41,692 bases of DNA from Tubiluchus corallicola (Eukaryota; Animalia; Priapulida): the NCBI GenBank assembly GCA_030141605.1, contig JAQGDQ010001429.1:1-41692 (forward strand), in the 5' to 3' direction. The notes below the pieces were generated by a model. That model was not told the DNA's origin and searched no databases. It was given only the letters and a program-made list of their open reading frames with translations. Both the position numbers and the translations under genes were made by a program. Shown here in pieces: positions 36,801-41,692 of this stretch. Numbering within the stretch: position 1 is the first letter of the stretch; the number at the start of each line of letters is the position of its first letter.

Positions 36801-37548
36801 TTAATGACATTAATATTAACATCAACATCAACGTCATCGTCAAGGGCAACGTCAATGTCAACGTCAACATCAACTTCAATATGAACATGAACATGAACAT
36901 GAAGACATGAACATGAACATAAAGACATGAACATCAACATGAACACTTGAAATACGAGAGTTACTGTTAAAGGATTTGAGACTATAAAGGGCATTACGTT
37001 TTTCTCTATTAACATTAACATATAACATTAATGACATTAACATTAACATTGTTGATCAGCTTAAGCTTTAGGTTTAGCAAATTTAAGACAATTGTTTGAC
37101 CAACACGTGCAAGAAAGCTTTCTCTAAACTGATCGATTAACTGTTTCAGGTGTCGTCTCCTCGACCATGGTTTGTACATGTTGTCTATAAAGTGAAATCT
37201 CTAAATATTGAGCGCAATAGTGAGAAAGAAAGGACCACTTTTCAGAGCTTACAAAAACGCAGACCAAAACGTGAAATAGAAGATGTTTTAAGTATCGGTT
37301 CCGATGGCAAGGGAACCAACATGGAGTTTATAATATTTGATTATACAGATGACATATTGCACGAGTTTGTACATCACCAACAGTTATTGCTGTGGCCAGT
37401 ATTAATAGCAGTTGGCATGTTGATACTAGTGGTTATCATTACAATAATTATTGCATTTGTAAAGAAACGAAGAAAAATTGAAATGGTAACGCAAAATGGT
37501 GTTCAGAATGGTGAAGTAAAAATATGTGATATTGGAACGGAAGTTTAA
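4202..37548 (+). CDS. FREM2: FREM2/ECM3-like (FRAS1-family) extracellular matrix protein, 3' part, 24 exons; 5' exons lie outside the window or were not recognised
   Basis: Exons joined by hand with compatible phases give a continuous ORF (4148 nt). It reads: CSPG-repeat end (ANINDGNVSYIL...DRGGN), five Calx-beta domains (e.g. RSGDLSRELMVICHT, RTGDIEHESTVICYTVDGTA, RVHTRDGTAKSGMDY), the conserved C-terminal region ([19 protein letters not shown]...YGCLAESP), KRRPKR, a hydrophobic TM and terminal GTEV. Domain order and motifs match human FREM2 as I recall it; exact orthology is not tested. Confidence 0.9.
5451..5594 (+). CDS. FREM2: FREM2-like exon (start of Calx-beta 1)
   Basis: cttAG|...|GTaagt; GNAVRSRMFEFKWSAIYFEK...LLRRGFLEDTSHV. 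Confidence 0.88.
5772..6026. repeat. Degenerate minisatellite, motif ACTGGYGAAATGTA
   Basis: More than 10 decayed copies at roughly 16-20 bp spacing. Confidence 0.6.
6688..6814. repeat. (ATT)n microsatellite
   Basis: Direct reading. Confidence 0.95.
7780..8007 (+). CDS. FREM2: FREM2-like exon (Calx-beta 1)
   Basis: tgcAG|...|GTaagg; VTFLPGQRQESWILDINDDEEFEVDETF. Confidence 0.9.
8279..8970. mobile_element. MITE with about 27-bp TIR and about 21-bp subterminal tandem repeats
   Basis: TATAGGTTTTACAYGTCAAATGTAGAC inverted at both ends; TCAAATGTAGAC motifs direct on the left and inverted on the right. Confidence 0.8.
9177..9302 (+). CDS. FREM2: FREM2-like exon (Calx-beta 2, first part)
   Basis: tgcAG|...|GTaaga; STVYFTQNAVRVSEGCGEAQIAMERSGDLSRELMVICHTEP. 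Confidence 0.88.
9591..10057. mobile_element. Tc1/mariner (pogo-like) MITE
   Basis: TA|CCGTATATAC....GTACAAGTCGA inverted termini, TA TSD. Confidence 0.8.
10059..10527. mobile_element. Degenerate palindromic (fold-back) element containing a tRNA-derived segment
   Basis: Arms match in reverse complement (CAGTGATCAATG...TGGCCAAC...TTAGC...GTTCACAC); the right arm has lost much of the tRNA-like part. Confidence 0.65.
10108..10184 (-). pseudogene. tRNA-derived sequence (SINE head or tRNA pseudogene)
   Basis: Minus strand: A-box-like TAGCTTAGTAG, D stem GCTT/AGGC, B box GGTTCGACTCC with TGG/CCA stem, TTTT shortly after; anticodon arm and acceptor stem are non-canonical. Confidence 0.6.
11187..11705. 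mobile_element. Probable hAT-type MITE
   Basis: CAGGGATG...CATCCCTG termini, GC-rich subterminal segment; TSD poorly conserved (4/8). Confidence 0.5.
13098..13619 (-). CDS. ABRA: Actin-binding Rho-activating protein (ABRA/STARS)-like, Costars domain; single coding exon nested in a FREM2-like intron
   Basis: 173-aa ORF with NPFS, YGKPPEGSKTEMRGKQAGTHISGEIVQLCEII and VTFGELFEFYTKVSNKLVGMIMRARKQGLLHYNGEMLFQRRDDDVVITLL, the Costars/ABRA signature. Confidence 0.9.
   Translation of the reverse strand: MASKHKEVSDFAMSLKCNRGDVGNRVAMFQQKGESHQSSQKSNPFSQRYAGVSRHKKTDETYGKPPEGSKTEMRGKQAGTHISGEIVQLCEIITDIGVVCDDGLVRVTFGELFEFYTKVSNKLVGMIMRARKQGLLHYNGEMLFQRRDDDVVITLLKHPREIHEINLNYQQFN
15191..15593. mobile_element. 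hAT-type MITE with TTCGAA subterminal repeats
   Basis: Perfect 8-bp TSD CTAATGAG (15183-15190, 15594-15601); TAGG...CCTA termini. Confidence 0.85.
15841..15976 (+). CDS. FREM2: FREM2-like exon (Calx-beta 2)
   Basis: tttAG|...|GTgagc; TADGYLDYISRLQNTDSIVTFAPGEYMQKCIVEIFDDAIIEEEER; phase 1-2. Confidence 0.88.
16069..16411 (+). mobile_element. piggyBac-like MITE, copy B (internally deleted)
   Basis: Same termini and TTAA; lacks about 120 bp of the right interior. Confidence 0.85.
16660..16998. repeat. (TTTC)n pyrimidine tract
   Basis: Direct reading. Confidence 0.9.
17311..17399 (+). CDS. FREM2: FREM2-like exon (Calx-beta 2 end)
   Basis: tgcAG|...|GTgaga; FYVKLLSPSGGRLGDVTEVVVIIEEDEND; phase 2-1. 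Confidence 0.87.
17539..17688 (+). CDS. FREM2: FREM2-like exon (Calx-beta 3)
   Basis: gatAG|...|GTaagt; PTLAFDSSLYKVGEEDGQIEVKIYRNGTD. Confidence 0.88.
18041..18250 (+). CDS. FREM2: FREM2-like exon (Calx-beta 3)
   Basis: tttAG|...|GTaaat; DYVSLNRMIAFLPGEAERNVRVRILDDKALPKVEGLESF. Confidence 0.9.
18437..18871. mobile_element. hAT-type MITE
   Basis: GGGCGTATYAAC TIR; TSD GATATAAG/GTTATAAG (7/8). Confidence 0.72.
18947..19144 (+). CDS. FREM2: FREM2-like exon (Calx-beta 4)
   Basis: tatAG|...|GTaata; PVMQFKRQQAHVNEHDG...DYVERPNT. Confidence 0.9.
19217..19440 (-). mobile_element. RTE-like LINE 3' end
   Basis: GC-rich island, minus-strand CKDRKQWR motif, (GTAA)n tail. Confidence 0.55.
19676..19912. 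repeat. (TTCT/TTCC)n pyrimidine tract
   Basis: Direct reading. Confidence 0.9.
20040..20395 (-). mobile_element. CR1/L2-type LINE 3' end
   Basis: Minus strand KNSITKQAIQLWNSLPSSLKHSSSLPIFKSK, then 3'UTR, AATAAA and (CTA)n tail. Confidence 0.72.
20560..20721 (+). CDS. FREM2: FREM2-like exon (Calx-beta 4)
   Basis: ttcAG|...|GTacgt; DREQTCSVELVDDAKYEDEEMFMVALASP. Confidence 0.87.
21140..21566. mobile_element. Old TTAA-flanked MITE (Kolobok-like?)
   Basis: TTTAAA(T)CTCCCGCRAT...GCCATT imperfect inverted termini. Confidence 0.5.
22158..22830. mobile_element. PIF/Harbinger-like MITE carrying an internal 41-bp tandem array
   Basis: TAA TSD on both sides; TGGYGCGTTCAGAC TIR plus extended inverted CTCTCGCAA...CTCTCTGAGAG. 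Confidence 0.82.
22212..22775. repeat. 41-bp minisatellite, about 14 units
   Basis: Unit CAACTTGTTGCAACATGTGAACGACTTGACAACTTCTCCCG; period 41 (22561 vs 22602). Confidence 0.95.
22906..23088 (+). CDS. FREM2: FREM2-like exon (Calx-beta 5)
   Basis: aacAG|...|GTagac; PTIKFNETKLLAREP...RTGDASQTSAVRVHTRDGTAKSGMDYFGVSE. Confidence 0.9.
23656..23786 (+). CDS. FREM2: FREM2-like exon (Calx-beta 5)
   Basis: tttAG|...|GTtaaa; LVFEPYDKQKNIEVEILYDEEEERRETFTVHILPD; phase 1-0. Confidence 0.87.
24012..24161 (+). CDS. FREM2: FREM2-like exon
   Basis: ttcAG|...|GTatag; KVTVFIEDKDMASDVGFPVKPLLVSL...GYPIVCVT; an in-frame alternative acceptor would start the exon at 24021. Confidence 0.83.
24857..25061 (+). CDS. 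FREM2: FREM2-like exon
   Basis: tttAG|...|GTaagt; ACSPHFPQFDNLHSHC...TFFTSPTNMALDSIFFTS. Confidence 0.88.
25167..25777. mobile_element. hAT-type MITE
   Basis: CAYGGGCGYCGSCAG TIR; TSD AACGCTCT/AATACTCT (6/8). Confidence 0.68.
25781..25921. repeat. 18-bp tandem repeat (ACTCTAACCCTAATCCAA)n, about 8 units, telomere-like
   Basis: Direct reading; contains CTAACCCTAA. Confidence 0.92.
26073..26234 (+). CDS. FREM2: FREM2-like exon with probable GC donor
   Basis: tacAG|...CAG|GCaagg; GSRVQCVAQAVDEKG...FSADLHYTG; 3' boundary inferred from homology and phase. Confidence 0.78.
26470..26622. repeat. Compound pentanucleotide microsatellite (TTATG)(TCATG)n(TCATA)
   Basis: Direct reading. Confidence 0.95.
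27285..27498 (+). CDS. FREM2: FREM2-like exon
   Basis: tacAG|...|GTaggt; LTVSISHEDGMVPIISARKMSNF...CSNIL; phase 1-2. Confidence 0.85.
28387..28561 (+). CDS. FREM2: FREM2-like exon
   Basis: actAG|...|GTattg; RFYKHLNVKTCRWTFITYFDLSELLEDCGG; phase 2-0. Confidence 0.87.
30100..30646 (+). mobile_element. 5'-truncated non-LTR retrotransposon 3' end
   Basis: ORF fragment with IGITDSDLCVCG...QTPEHLIFHCP zinc knuckle, then GCCCT...AGGGC hairpin, AATAAA and (TAA)n tail. Confidence 0.75.
30906..31086 (+). CDS. FREM2: FREM2-like exon
   Basis: tgtAG|...|GTgagt; VTLLLPVHV...LRLSFAYGTGVMWKHGI. Confidence 0.85.
31601..31705 (+). CDS. FREM2: FREM2-like exon
   Basis: ttcAG|...|GTaaaa; GRLYPNKINIQHSGKLEVHFQSEPLFTGKF. 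Confidence 0.86.
31748..32230 (-). mobile_element. Decayed Tc1/mariner transposase 3' remnant with internal duplication
   Basis: Minus strand reads EELKAKLVQCWDQ and CRENGGHI, typical transposase C-terminus; about 60-bp direct repeat at ~32040 and ~32167; CAGGTGTGCCAAAAAA end. Confidence 0.55.
32698..33140. mobile_element. hAT-type MITE
   Basis: CAGGGG...CCCCTG termini, perfect 8-bp TSD GTTTGGCT, G/C-run subterminal motifs. Confidence 0.87.
33473..33918 (+). mobile_element. piggyBac-like MITE, copy C
   Basis: TTAA-CCCTTTCA...TGAAAGGG-TTAA, near-identical to copy A. Confidence 0.88.
34103..34233 (+). CDS. FREM2: FREM2-like exon
   Basis: ttcAG|...|GTatgt; HNDLTFTLELVK...QHWKFVSDFA. Confidence 0.87.
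34406..34670 (+). CDS. FREM2: FREM2-like exon
   Basis: ttcAG|...|GTgagt; DCTGVYLITLVPC...QQVSNAVPPKFSL. Confidence 0.88.
34706..35041. repeat. About 335-bp palindrome with variant hammerhead-like ends
   Basis: AACATGTTTATT...GGCTACTGAAGCCATTATCAAACAATAAATTAAATAGAA...ATACATTAATGATACAAAGGCGCAAAC mirrored on the right. Confidence 0.9.
35306..35484 (+). CDS. FREM2: FREM2-like exon
   Basis: ttcAG|...|GTacgg; GDMVYGKI...[31 protein letters not shown]. Confidence 0.9.
35710..35844 (+). CDS. FREM2: FREM2-like penultimate exon
   Basis: tatAG|...|GTcaaa; DRKSPWT...FGAQF...SGSDGFKFKSNPLLK; phase 0-0. Confidence 0.85.
35874..36240. repeat. (AACATY/AACATG)n hexamer tract with three about 57-63-bp higher-order units
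   Basis: CATTATCATTAACGTTAGTTACATAAACAGCAACATTAA occurs three times (35933-36091). Confidence 0.88.
36351..36396 (-). ncRNA. Minimal type I hammerhead ribozyme motif (antisense partner)
   Basis: Minus: TTCAG-CTGATGA-GGCC-CACTA-GGAC-GAAA-GCTA-CTGAA; stem II 3/4 pairs. Confidence 0.68.
36530..36575 (+). ncRNA. Minimal type I hammerhead ribozyme motif
   Basis: TTCAG-CTGATGA-G(...)C-GAAA-GCTA-CTGAA: stem I TTCAG/CTGAA, intact core, palindromic AGCT stem III; stem II weak. Confidence 0.62.
37150..37548 (+). CDS. FREM2: FREM2-like terminal exon (furin-like site, TM, PDZ-binding GTEV)
   Basis: ttcAG| VSSPRPWFVHVVYKV...KRRPKR...GTNM...LLLWPVLIAVGMLILVVIITIIIAFV KKRRK...DIGTEV*; AATAAA at 37641 and 38031. 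Confidence 0.9.
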   Translation: MSSPRPWFVHVVYKVKSLNIERNSEKERTTFQSLQKRRPKREIEDVLSIGSDGKGTNMEFIIFDYTDDILHEFVHHQQLLLWPVLIAVGMLILVVIITIIIAFVKKRRKIEMVTQNGVQNGEVKICDIGTEV

Positions 37549-37722
37549 CAATGAAAATTTTCCACAGGAAGTCATATCGTGTACATCATGTTTGTGTAAA
37601 AAGATAACATTACTAAAGTTTTTATTCTTGTTTTTATATAAATAAACTAATGTTTGATGTAAATAAATCTGCTGGCGTTATGGCATGAGCTCACAAAGAA
37701 AAAAATGAAAAAAAAACAAAGA

Positions 37723-37723
37723 C

Positions 37724-37754
<31 letters not shown>

Positions 37755-37836
37755 ATGGTGGTGGTGGTGGTGATGATGATGATGATGATGATGATGATGA
37801 CGACGATGATGGTGCGGGTGGTGATGGTGGTGTTGG

Positions 37837-37884
<48 letters not shown>

Positions 37885-37885
37885 C
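37723..37885. repeat. (GAT/GGT)n tract in 3'UTR; mirrored at 40575..40716
   Basis: Direct reading. Confidence 0.92.
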
Positions 37886-38384
37886 AGTGCTGGTGACAAT
37901 GACTATGTTAAGAGCCAAAAAGTGGTAAAAAGATTTCGGCTTATATTATATTTCAATACGAAGGTATAATATTATATACAAGTACTATTAAATATTTTTA
38001 TTACATAATAGGTACACGCTTATATTATTTAATAAATTTATAACAAACAATCACAGGGCTTATTAGACGAGCTGTGAAATAAATAGCAGGCTATATTCTT
38101 TGCTATTAAAATTAACAACACGTGATAAGATCGTTTAACAATGAATTTGTGATACTTATATCATTTGCAAAGTGGTCAACTACCACTTACGGGTTACTCA
38201 AAAATAAAAAAACTGATTCTATTTATGCAAAACCTACATACAACTGAAATACTAATATATGCAATATACTATTTACATTATCATGCTACCCGAAATTATC
38301 CTTTAAAATATGAAATAATTCCGTTTCGCATGAATACTGATGTAACTTAAATTTGCGTATAAAAATGTTGTGGTCAACTTTAGC

Positions 38385-38841
38385 TTAACCCTTTCAGTCC
38401 CAAATTATTTTTTTAATAAGGAAATTTCTTTGGCTTGGTCCTTTTGTTCAGTATGTCTATCTTGTTTACACATAATAATTATTTTTTCTACCTGCGCCCG
38501 CGTGCTAAATATAGCCTGTATCCCACAGGATACATTGGGATTCAATGGAAGCATAAAATGTGCTTCATTTTGCAACTGCTGATAATTTTTTAAAGTATTT
38601 AAGACATTTAGTATGCATGCTATGCTGATCTGTACAAAGTCATCTCTAAAGTACTGTACCTTGCACAGTTTTTATGTTGTGTAGATTTTCTAGTTTGCCA
38701 TTTTATCACCATTTTTAGTCTATTGTTATTGGCTTAAATCAAAATAACTATTAACAGATCAAATAACTGCCAATTTTATTAATTTTAAAGGCAGAAAATA
38801 TTCTCGTATCCCACGGGATACAACGGGTATGAAAGGGTTAA
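38385..38841 (-). mobile_element. piggyBac-like MITE, copy D (opposite orientation)
   Basis: Reverse complement of copy A, TTAA at both ends. Confidence 0.88.
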
Positions 38842-38867
38842 ACTGTTTGTTGAAACATCTGGGGAAT

Positions 38868-39089
38868 TTACGGCATTAGCACCCGGTTTATTCTGTGCAG
38901 CACGCCGTTTGTAATAATAGTGTTGGCTACGCTGTCATTTTGATTAATTTCTGCATCGTTAACATGGATGCCAGAACGTTTCCTTTCTACATTCAAGTAT
39001 CCACCTTGTAATGTCTTCAGTCGGTGTGTGACGCCTCGCTCAAAGTTGTAGGTCAAAACCATGTTGTCCAGAATGTGGTGCTTGACCAC
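38868..39089 (-). CDS. Terminal exon encoding the C-terminal half of a fasciclin (FAS1) domain
   Basis: Pyrimidine tract + tacAG acceptor (39090-39091 on minus). VVKHHIL...LKTLQG...IHVNDAEI...ITNGVLHRINRVLMP* contains the FAS1 YH-like and H2 motifs. No upstream exon was found. Confidence 0.78.
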   Translation of the reverse strand: MVKHHILDNMVLTYNFERGVTHRLKTLQGGYLNVERKRSGIHVNDAEINQNDSVANTIITNGVLHRINRVLMP

Positions 39090-39292
39090 CTGTACGAAAG
39101 AAGCCACAAAAGGGCAAAAGAATAGTGTCAGTAAAGTTTTCTTACATAAAGTTTTCTTACATGTCATAAGGTAAGTAAAGGGCAAATGAATAGTGTCAAT
39201 ACTCAAAACTAGAACTAATTTAGACTCAAATTACTAAAAACGCGCTTAAAGGCAAAACATAAAAATAAATATAGAAGCAATTGCGATGTAAA

Positions 39293-39504
39293 CAGTAGTG
39301 GCAATATTACGATACTGCGTGGTTTAGGGACCCCGGTGGTGTTTTTTCACTATTCTTTTCAATATTCCTTTCATTTTTTATTATTTTTTTATTTTTTGCC
39401 ATCTCAAAAAACAAAAAAGAAAAGAAAAAAATAAATAATCCCGGGGTCGGGCATCCCCTATGGGGGTCCCTAAACTACGCAGTATCATAACATTGCCACT
39501 ACTG
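39293..39504. mobile_element. Short MITE with about 42-bp TIR
   Basis: CAGTAGTGGCAATRTTAYGATACTGCGTRGTTTAGGGACCCC inverted; no clear TSD. Confidence 0.72.
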
Positions 39505-40592
39505 TCAACACATGTAAAAAACCAAAGCAGTTTGTCTGAAATGCTACTTAAATGTGAAAATAAGTGAGAATGAAAGTGAAAATAAACCCAAATTATAGCA
39601 TAAAGCAACAAACACTTATGTAGTAATGAGCATGCTCTTTATTGTCACACTGAGGACTTATATTTGAAGCTTTGCCCAAATGAAGAAAAATGTAGGCTAA
39701 GCTACGCGAGTGGTGGCGAATGCGGTTGCTCTTAGCAACTGCAAAAGCTTTTTTGTATGAATATATTTTTTTATAAATACAGAATAGACTGAATAGTCAA
39801 TGAGGCAGCAAGCTCAGCTCAAGTTCCTCTGCATGAGTATGACAAATAACTGACTAACGCCCACTCACATTCTCACACTCTGCAAAGACAATAAGCATTT
39901 ACACAGTTCAAGCAATTGAGGATGATTGTGAAAAGGGCAAAAGTTAAATGTACCAGACAACGCATTTGTGTAGCTAGTAAGATCCTCCTAGTAAAGCACT
40001 CTACGCACAGACTACCGCATAATTAAGTAAAGTCCACGTAAAACAACTGAATCTACTGAACTGATGCGGCAGACGGTTTTGCTTTACCTACGCGTCGCGT
40101 GACAGTTGTAGTTAAGACGCGTTGCTGTGGTACACTCAACCTTTGACCTACAGCAACTGCGCGTGCGCACAACGAAACAATGAAAGGCTTATTATGTGAA
40201 ATACGATTACAATGACAGCTGCAAAAAGAACATTACCTACATTTACAGACAAGCGTTAAAACAATGAATGAAATCAGTTTTTTTTATTTTGAGTAACCCG
40301 TATGTGGTAGTTGACCACTTTGCAAATGATATATCACAGCTATTGTTAAACGATCTATCACGTGTTGTTTAATAGCAAGAATATAGCTGTTATTTATTTT
40401 CACAGCTCGTCTAATAAGCTCCTGTGATTGTTTGTTATAAATTTATTAAATAATATAAGCGTGTACCTATTATGTAATAAAAATATTTAATAGTACTTGT
40501 ATATAATATTATACCTTCGTATTGAAATATAATATAAGCCGAAATCTTTTTACCACTTTTTGGCTCTTAACATCTCATCGTCGCCAGCATTG

Positions 40593-40625
<33 letters not shown>

Positions 40626-40891
40626 CCAACACCACCATCACCACCACCACCATCATCGTCGTCATCATCATCATCATCATCATCATCACCACCACCACCA
40701 TCATCATCATCATCGTCTTTGTTTTTTTTTTCATTTTTTTTCTTTGTGAGCTCATGCCATAACGCCAGCAGATTTATTTACATCAAACATTAGTTTATTT
40801 ATATAAAAACAAGAATAAAAACTTTAGTAATGTTATCTTTTTACACAAACATGATGTACACAATATGACTTCCTGTGGAAAATTTTCATTG

Positions 40892-41290
40892 TTAAACTTC
40901 CGTTCCAATATCACATATTTTTACTTCACCATTCTGAACACCATTTTGCGTTACCATTTCAATTTTTCTTCGTTTCTTTACAAATGCAATAAATATTGTA
41001 ATAATTACCACTAGTATCAACATGCCAACTGCTATTAATACTGGCCACAGCAATAACTGTTGGTGATGTACAAACTCGTGCAATATGTCATCTGTATAAT
41101 CAAATATTATAAACTCCATATTGGTTCCCTTGCCATCGGAACCGATGCTTAAAACATCTTCTAGTTCACGTTTTGGTCTACGTTTTTGTAAGCTCTGAAA
41201 AGTGGTCCTTTCTTTCTCACTATTGCGCTCAATATTTAGAGATTTCACTTTATAGACAACATGTACAAACCATGGTCGAGATGACGACAC
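40892..41290 (-). CDS. Inverted duplicate of the FREM2-like terminal exon (intact ORF and splice acceptor)
   Basis: 132-codon near-identical copy of 37150..37548 with 3 amino-acid changes (P>S, I>L, I>F); paralog, pseudogene or haplotype status unknown. Confidence 0.75.
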   Translation of the reverse strand: MSSSRPWFVHVVYKVKSLNIERNSEKERTTFQSLQKRRPKRELEDVLSIGSDGKGTNMEFIIFDYTDDILHEFVHHQQLLLWPVLIAVGMLILVVIITIFIAFVKKRRKIEMVTQNGVQNGEVKICDIGTEV

Positions 41291-41692
41291 CTGAAACAGT
41301 TAATCGATCAGTTTAGAGAAAGCTTTCTTGCACGTGTTGGTCAAACAATTGTCTTAAATTTGCTAAACCTAAAGCTTAAGCTGATCAACAATGTTAATGT
41401 TAATGTCATTAATGTTATATGTTAATGTTAATAGAGAAAAACGTAATGCCCTTTATAGTCTCAAATCCTTTAACAGTAACTCTCGTATTTCAAGTGTTCA
41501 TGTTGATGTTCATGTCTTTATGTTCATGTTCATGTCTTCATGTTCATGTTCATGTTCATATTGAAGTTGATGTTGACGTTGACATTGACGTTGCCCTTGA
41601 CGATGACGTTGATGTTGATGTTAATATTAATGTCATTAATGCTATATATTAATGTTAATAGAGAAAAACGTAATGCCCTTTATAGTCTCAAA

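Larger units (their letters stand above)
36748..41692. repeat. Large inverted duplication: 36748..~38218 mirrors ~40272..41692 (runs off the window end)
   Basis: Reverse-complement match of intron, terminal exon, (GAT/GGT)n tract and 3'UTR; about 2.05 kb unique spacer. Confidence 0.95.

Noticed and set aside
37678-37928. Poly-Met/His/Ser ORFs (also 40522..40793)
   Set aside because: (GAT/GGT)n tract in the 3'UTR

Overview
AT-rich, intron- and repeat-rich animal (probably invertebrate) genomic DNA; it is not prokaryotic, and most short ORFs in the track are microsatellite or transposon noise. The main feature is the 3' part of a FREM2/ECM3 (FRAS1-family) basement-membrane gene on +. I traced 24 phase-compatible exons (4202..37548, about 1380 codons) covering the end of the last CSPG repeat, five Calx-beta domains, the conserved C-terminal ectodomain, a furin-like site, a TM helix and a GTEV PDZ-binding tail. 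One intron probably uses a GC donor. An ABRA/Costars gene is nested antisense in the largest intron. Downstream, the gene's last intron segment, terminal exon and 3'UTR recur as a tail-to-tail inverted copy (40272..window end). The roughly 2 kb spacer holds an orphan FAS1-domain terminal exon. Introns carry many MITEs (piggyBac-like x4, hAT, Harbinger with an internal 41-bp array, pogo/Tc1-like), LINE 3' stubs, a tRNA-derived palindrome and two palindromes bearing paired minimal hammerhead-ribozyme motifs. Family assignments come from recalled motifs, not database searches.
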